The position numbers were made by a program, and so were the translations under genes. A DNA stretch of 64,000 nucleotides from Macrostomum lignano (lineage: Eukaryota). The notes beneath the pieces were generated by a model. The model was not told where the DNA came from, ran no database searches, and saw only the letters and a list, made by a program, of their open reading frames with translations. Positions 59,831-64,000 of this stretch are shown here, in pieces; the stretch's first letter is position 1, and every line of letters begins with the position of its first letter. Where the stretch lies: the NCBI GenBank assembly GCA_002269645.1, contig NIVC01000487.1:392298-456297 (forward strand), read 5' to 3'.

Positions 59831-60744
59831 ACATGCCTAACGATAATATAAAGTTAGGGCCGCTGTACACTCCTGTGTGAGTGTGTGCCTGCGTACGTAT
59901 CCGCGCGCTTGTATGCCTGCTCAGGGGAGTCGGCGGAATGGGCAGTAATGCCTCTCGCCGGTTGTGTGCCCATGTCGCTTAAAGTGCGCCAGGGTGCACA
60001 CAACCCCCTGCCTCTAAAAAAAAAAGTGAGAAGGGGTAGCACGAGTTAAGGTGCTGCTATTTACATGTAGGTCGTCCTTGTTGAATTGCATGGTGTGACG
60101 CGAGTAAAATACATGTACAGTGTCAGGGGAATAAAATCAAGCTAGGGACACATGTCGCTGTCAGTGCCAGTTTAGGAGGTACATTTAGGAAAGTGTATTA
60201 TGCGATGGACATGTACAGAACTCGATCAGAACGCACTTCAGGCATCATCCATCTCTGAACAGTGTCAAAATTAAAGGCTGTCTGAGCACCACGCACAGCA
60301 ACGGCCGTAGTGTAAATATGCATGCGCCGAACGGAAGGATGAAGTGATGAGATAGCGCTTTGCTAGAAACTTGAGGCACCTCGCGCATACAGTTAATTTC
60401 CTCGCCTCCTCTACATGTACATACATGGACAAGCACTAAATATATGCTCCGAATCAGCCATGCGTCTCGAAGTTACAGCCCGATGACATTGACAAGGGCG
60501 TTTTACAAGCACGAAATTTCACATCGTCGAAAGAGATGATGAGATACTTTTACAAGCTCGAAATTTCATAATTGCTCGAAACTTTATTTAGGTTGAAACT
60601 TTACAATCTCGAACTTCATAAGCAAGAAAATTCACATCGTCGAAAGGTCTTGCAGGTCACTTTCATAAGCTCATTCTTCACCTATGTACGAGTAAGCAGG
60701 AGAGCTGTTTCGGCCATTTGCTTCGGCAACCATTGGCGGCCTGC

Positions 60745-61000
60745 TGCATTCTTTAAGATGACTATTACGCTGCGCCGCACACCGCGTGCAGCTGCTGAGG
60801 AGAATGCAGCTCGGCATTCGCACATTAAAAAGGCTGTCAAAAGCTTTCTCTCCAGACATGAGCCCCATCGAGCATGTCTGGGAGTTTGTAAAGCGAAGAG
60901 CTCAGCAGGATACCCCGCAGAATGCCGAACAGTTGCGACAGGCGGTTGCGCATCGCTGGCAGCAGCTGCCCCAAGAGTTCATCAACCGGCTGGTGATCAG
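60745..61000 (+). pseudogene. Degraded Tc1/mariner transposase C-terminal fragment
   Basis: FSPDMSPIEHVWEFVKRR (SPDLNPIE motif) followed by EQLRQAVAHRWQQLPQEFINRLV; an upstream frame reads IL*DDYYAAPHTA (decayed QDNAxxH) with stops and frameshifts. Confidence 0.82.
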
Positions 61001-61319
61001 CAGGAGGCCACGACAAATGAACTTTGGCATGCTTGCGTAGTTCCTGAACTCGATGCTGAAGCTAGCATTAAATACATTGCTTCACTTTTGTGCCACGTAA
61101 CAGCATGAGTTAAGTTCTCAACTGTGCACCACCAGCAGTGACAACTGCCAGTTGAGGCATGCCTTGCTTCATTAAGAATTCGATAGTGCATCGTATTAGC
61201 TATGCGATCAGTTTTTGGGACCGGAAAATTCGCGAGCGATAAACAAGCTTTTTAATGAATTTTTATGATATTTCACTGGCTCCTCAATGCAAAAAAGTTG
61301 AAGTGGTTTTTTGCTAGCA

Positions 61320-61640
61320 TATGGCTCCTCAATGCACCTGGAAATCTGCACGACTCCTCAATGCACCTGCAAATCTGCATGGCTCCTCAATGCACCTGCA
61401 AATCTGCATGGCTCCTCAATGCACCTGCAAATCTGCATGGCTCCTCAATGCACCTGCAAATCTGCATGGCTCCTCAATGCACCTGCAAATCTGCATGGCT
61501 CCTCAATGCACCTGCAAATCTGCATGGCTCCTCAATGCACCTGCAAATCTGCACGACTCCTCAATGCACCTGCAAATCTGCATGGCTTCTCAATGCACCT
61601 GCAAATCTGCATGGCTCCTCAATGCACCTGCAAATCTGGC
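61320..61640. repeat. 29-bp minisatellite (CATGGCTCCTCAATGCACCTGCAAATCTG)n
   Basis: 29-nt periodicity, about 11 copies. Confidence 0.95.
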
Positions 61641-63657
61641 TCATCAATTGATGAGCAAATCTAACTCAAAGCTCAATCCACCCTGAAAGCAAAGTCCTAA
61701 TTTCTTAATTAATTCTTCTGCAAAGCTTAAACTATTGTATGAACGTTTTTATACCGTAGTTCTACCGGTATTTTATTTATATTTATAGCCAACGCTAATC
61801 ATCGTTTGTTTAAAATGGTTTTTTGCACGCATGATATAACACCTTAAACAACTGCATTGGATCGTTGTTACATCACGCAGTTCCTTGACGCACTTGTGTC
61901 CATCGTATTTAAATACACATGCGCACTAGCTTATTGTGCGCCCCAGCTCGTAGCCGAAAAAAATTCAAGAAAAAATGCTGCTCATTTTTCCTCACGCACT
62001 ACTCACAGCAAACCAGTAGACAAATCGGCATTTTGCTATCTGGCCGCCAGCCGACGCCAAAAACATTTCTCCGCCTCGGCATCCCGCACTCTGCCCTGCA
62101 CGGCAGCCCCTCTACATGGATGGGACGCCCGACCGGCTCGAGCCCAGTTGCTGGGGTGACACACCCTGATCGCTGCTTTGCCTCATCCACGCCCAAAGCA
62201 GAAAATGGGGAGGGGAAAGCAACGAGGAGAGGAGACGGAAGAGAGCTGGGGGAGGAGGGGAGAGGAGAGAAGGAAGAGGAACACGAGTGGGACGGGAGCG
62301 GAGGCCGGCGATACGAAGCGCCGATCCCGAGCATTGGGGCGACCTGCACTTTTGCGCATTGATCGCATTCCACGCCACCACCAACCCCCGCTCCGGCTGC
62401 TGCCCACCTTCTCGCTCCCGCCACTCCACTCTCCCTCTCCCCTTACTCTCCTATCCTACCCCTCGCATTCTCTTCTATTGCCAAAGCAGTGCATCGCGCG
62501 GGTACAGATAGCGCAGTTATCCCTCACTATACTGCGCATTTGAATTTCTTTCCCTTCTTTTTTCTCCCTTCTATCTCCTGTCTCTCCTCAGCTTAGCCAT
62601 CGTGCAGGGCTGCTGCCTACCAGCGAGAACACTGCATGCAACTATGTGAACATTTAGAGAGGCCTTTTTTATGGCACCCCCATCCTTAGATCGGCAATGA
62701 TGATGAACGAACAGGTTCCATGAATACGCTAGCTAGTTCGGTAGTGCAGTGGGTAAGCGCGGTGCAGCAGCATTACGAAGAAGTCCCTGTCCCCAATAAC
62801 TAGCCAGACAGTTTCGTAATTGCCTAATATAGGTGTGAGAATATGCAGCACCCGAGACAGCAACTTGGAGCGCTGCCAAACAGTGTCATTGAGTACAGGG
62901 TTAGCACTTTGAGCACCTGATAGCTAATTTTGTTAGCTCAATGGCAATATTATATAAATCCTACATGGGAGCAAAAACACGATGGACTATGGAAACTTAT
63001 TTCTAAGCAAAGAAATGCTGCGTCTTGAATCGCGCCAGAAACGCCCCAGAACTATAAAATAAAACTAACTATATATAGTGTAAATTTACGCAGCAAAATT
63101 GACAAAATTCAGCATTCACGCTATGGCAAGATTAACTGCAAAACAGGGCCGGCGGCCTGCCTCCGCCGCAGCTCCCATCATGTGTGCCAGAGCTAAAGCT
63201 GCATTGATGGCTTGCTGCTGCACAGACATACATACAGACGCAACTGCGAACGGGTCTGATATACAAACTATTGCAATACTTCTATGCGTATATACAGGCA
63301 TTATTGTTGGGCTGCTGGGCAGTTGCGCGCATATCTGCGCATTCCACCAGATAAAGAGGCTGTTTGGGGGGGGGGGGAGAGCACTTGGAAACCATGGCAT
63401 GTATAGGAGGCATGGTACAGGTTTCTGCCTGCCACACAGCCTTGCCAAGTAGGAGAGGCATGCAGCTTCAGTGCAGATGGGAGAGGCAGATTAGACAAAG
63501 GAAAAAACGGTAAAAAAGGGACTCAATGCAAACTGCTGCTCATCTGCTCGAGTCGGGCCACGCAAAACTGGGCTCCGCCTTTCTTATTTGTCTTCTTCCT
63601 TTGTTTTTTCTGCTTCAAGCCAACGAACGGGCCAGCAAGCAGTTTTGCGAATTCACT

Positions 63658-63658
63658 G

Positions 63659-63691
<33 letters not shown>

Positions 63692-63696
63692 CTCTC
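63658..63696. repeat. Short (CT)n microsatellite
   Basis: CT dinucleotide run. Confidence 0.85.
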
Positions 63697-64000
63697 GCTT
63701 TTTGGTGCGTGGAGCCGGGAGGCAAGGGAGATGGGAGTGGCAGAGTGTTGTTGCATTTTGGGCGGAGAAATGAGACTTCTTCTTCAAGTCCCACCCATCG
63801 AGAGCCACACCCAGCTCAAGGCGGGATCTGCGGGGACCCCTCCACCGCAGGCCGGCCCACCATTGATGCAGGATTTTGCCGGGATTGCTCAGAAAATCCC
63901 CGCAAACCAAAGTGCTTCTGTTTTCCCGAATTCCTAATTTTTCACTTATCCGCGAGGGCCAACAACGCCCAATTTTTCTATTTTCTGAAACTGCTTTACT

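Noticed and set aside
60116-60140. TA-CAGTG as the left TIR of the Tc1 relic
   Set aside because: I found no matching inverted copy downstream of the transposase fragment.
62000-62545. GC-rich block with several overlapping 70-150-aa ORFs (also 51105-51557 and 63099-63937)
   Set aside because: No domain motifs, consistent codon bias or phase-compatible splice pairs; more likely regulatory or UTR sequence.
62735-62795. A-box-like GGTAGTGCAGTGGGTAAGCGC, possible SINE head
   Set aside because: No B box follows; too little evidence.

Overview
Eukaryotic (animal) genomic DNA. GC-rich exons alternate with AT-rich spacers and about 30 mini/microsatellite arrays. The style resembles the flatworm Macrostomum, but that assignment is inference only. 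Supported protein-coding genes: an intronless POT/PTR2 (SLC15-like) transporter (+, 1167-2489); an intronless GDA1/CD39 NTPDase (+, 13108-14619); an unidentified 4-exon gene (+, 20282-23545); a 4-exon L-asparaginase/ankyrin gene, ASPG (-, 35447-28846); an intronless orphan class A GPCR (-, 41227-39641); an intronless acidic protein with an NHL-like repeat (+, 47581-49098); and a 4-exon BBS2 (-, 58117-53664). All multi-exon models were checked by hand for GT-AG boundaries and phase. Mobile DNA: a 5'-truncated Gypsy LTR retrotransposon (6847-10361) inside a 29-bp minisatellite, two tRNA-derived SINE-like elements and a decayed Tc1 transposase fragment. The most unusual observation is in the Gypsy element. 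Between the integrase stop and the PPT/3' LTR (the env position) it carries a frameshifted J-domain (DnaJ/Hsp40, HPD motif) ORF, preceded by a splice acceptor and a 14-copy array of TTGCGTCA sites. No rRNA, true tRNA or CRISPR array is supported. Most long ORFs in the track are translations of tandem repeats or antisense shadows of GC-rich genes.
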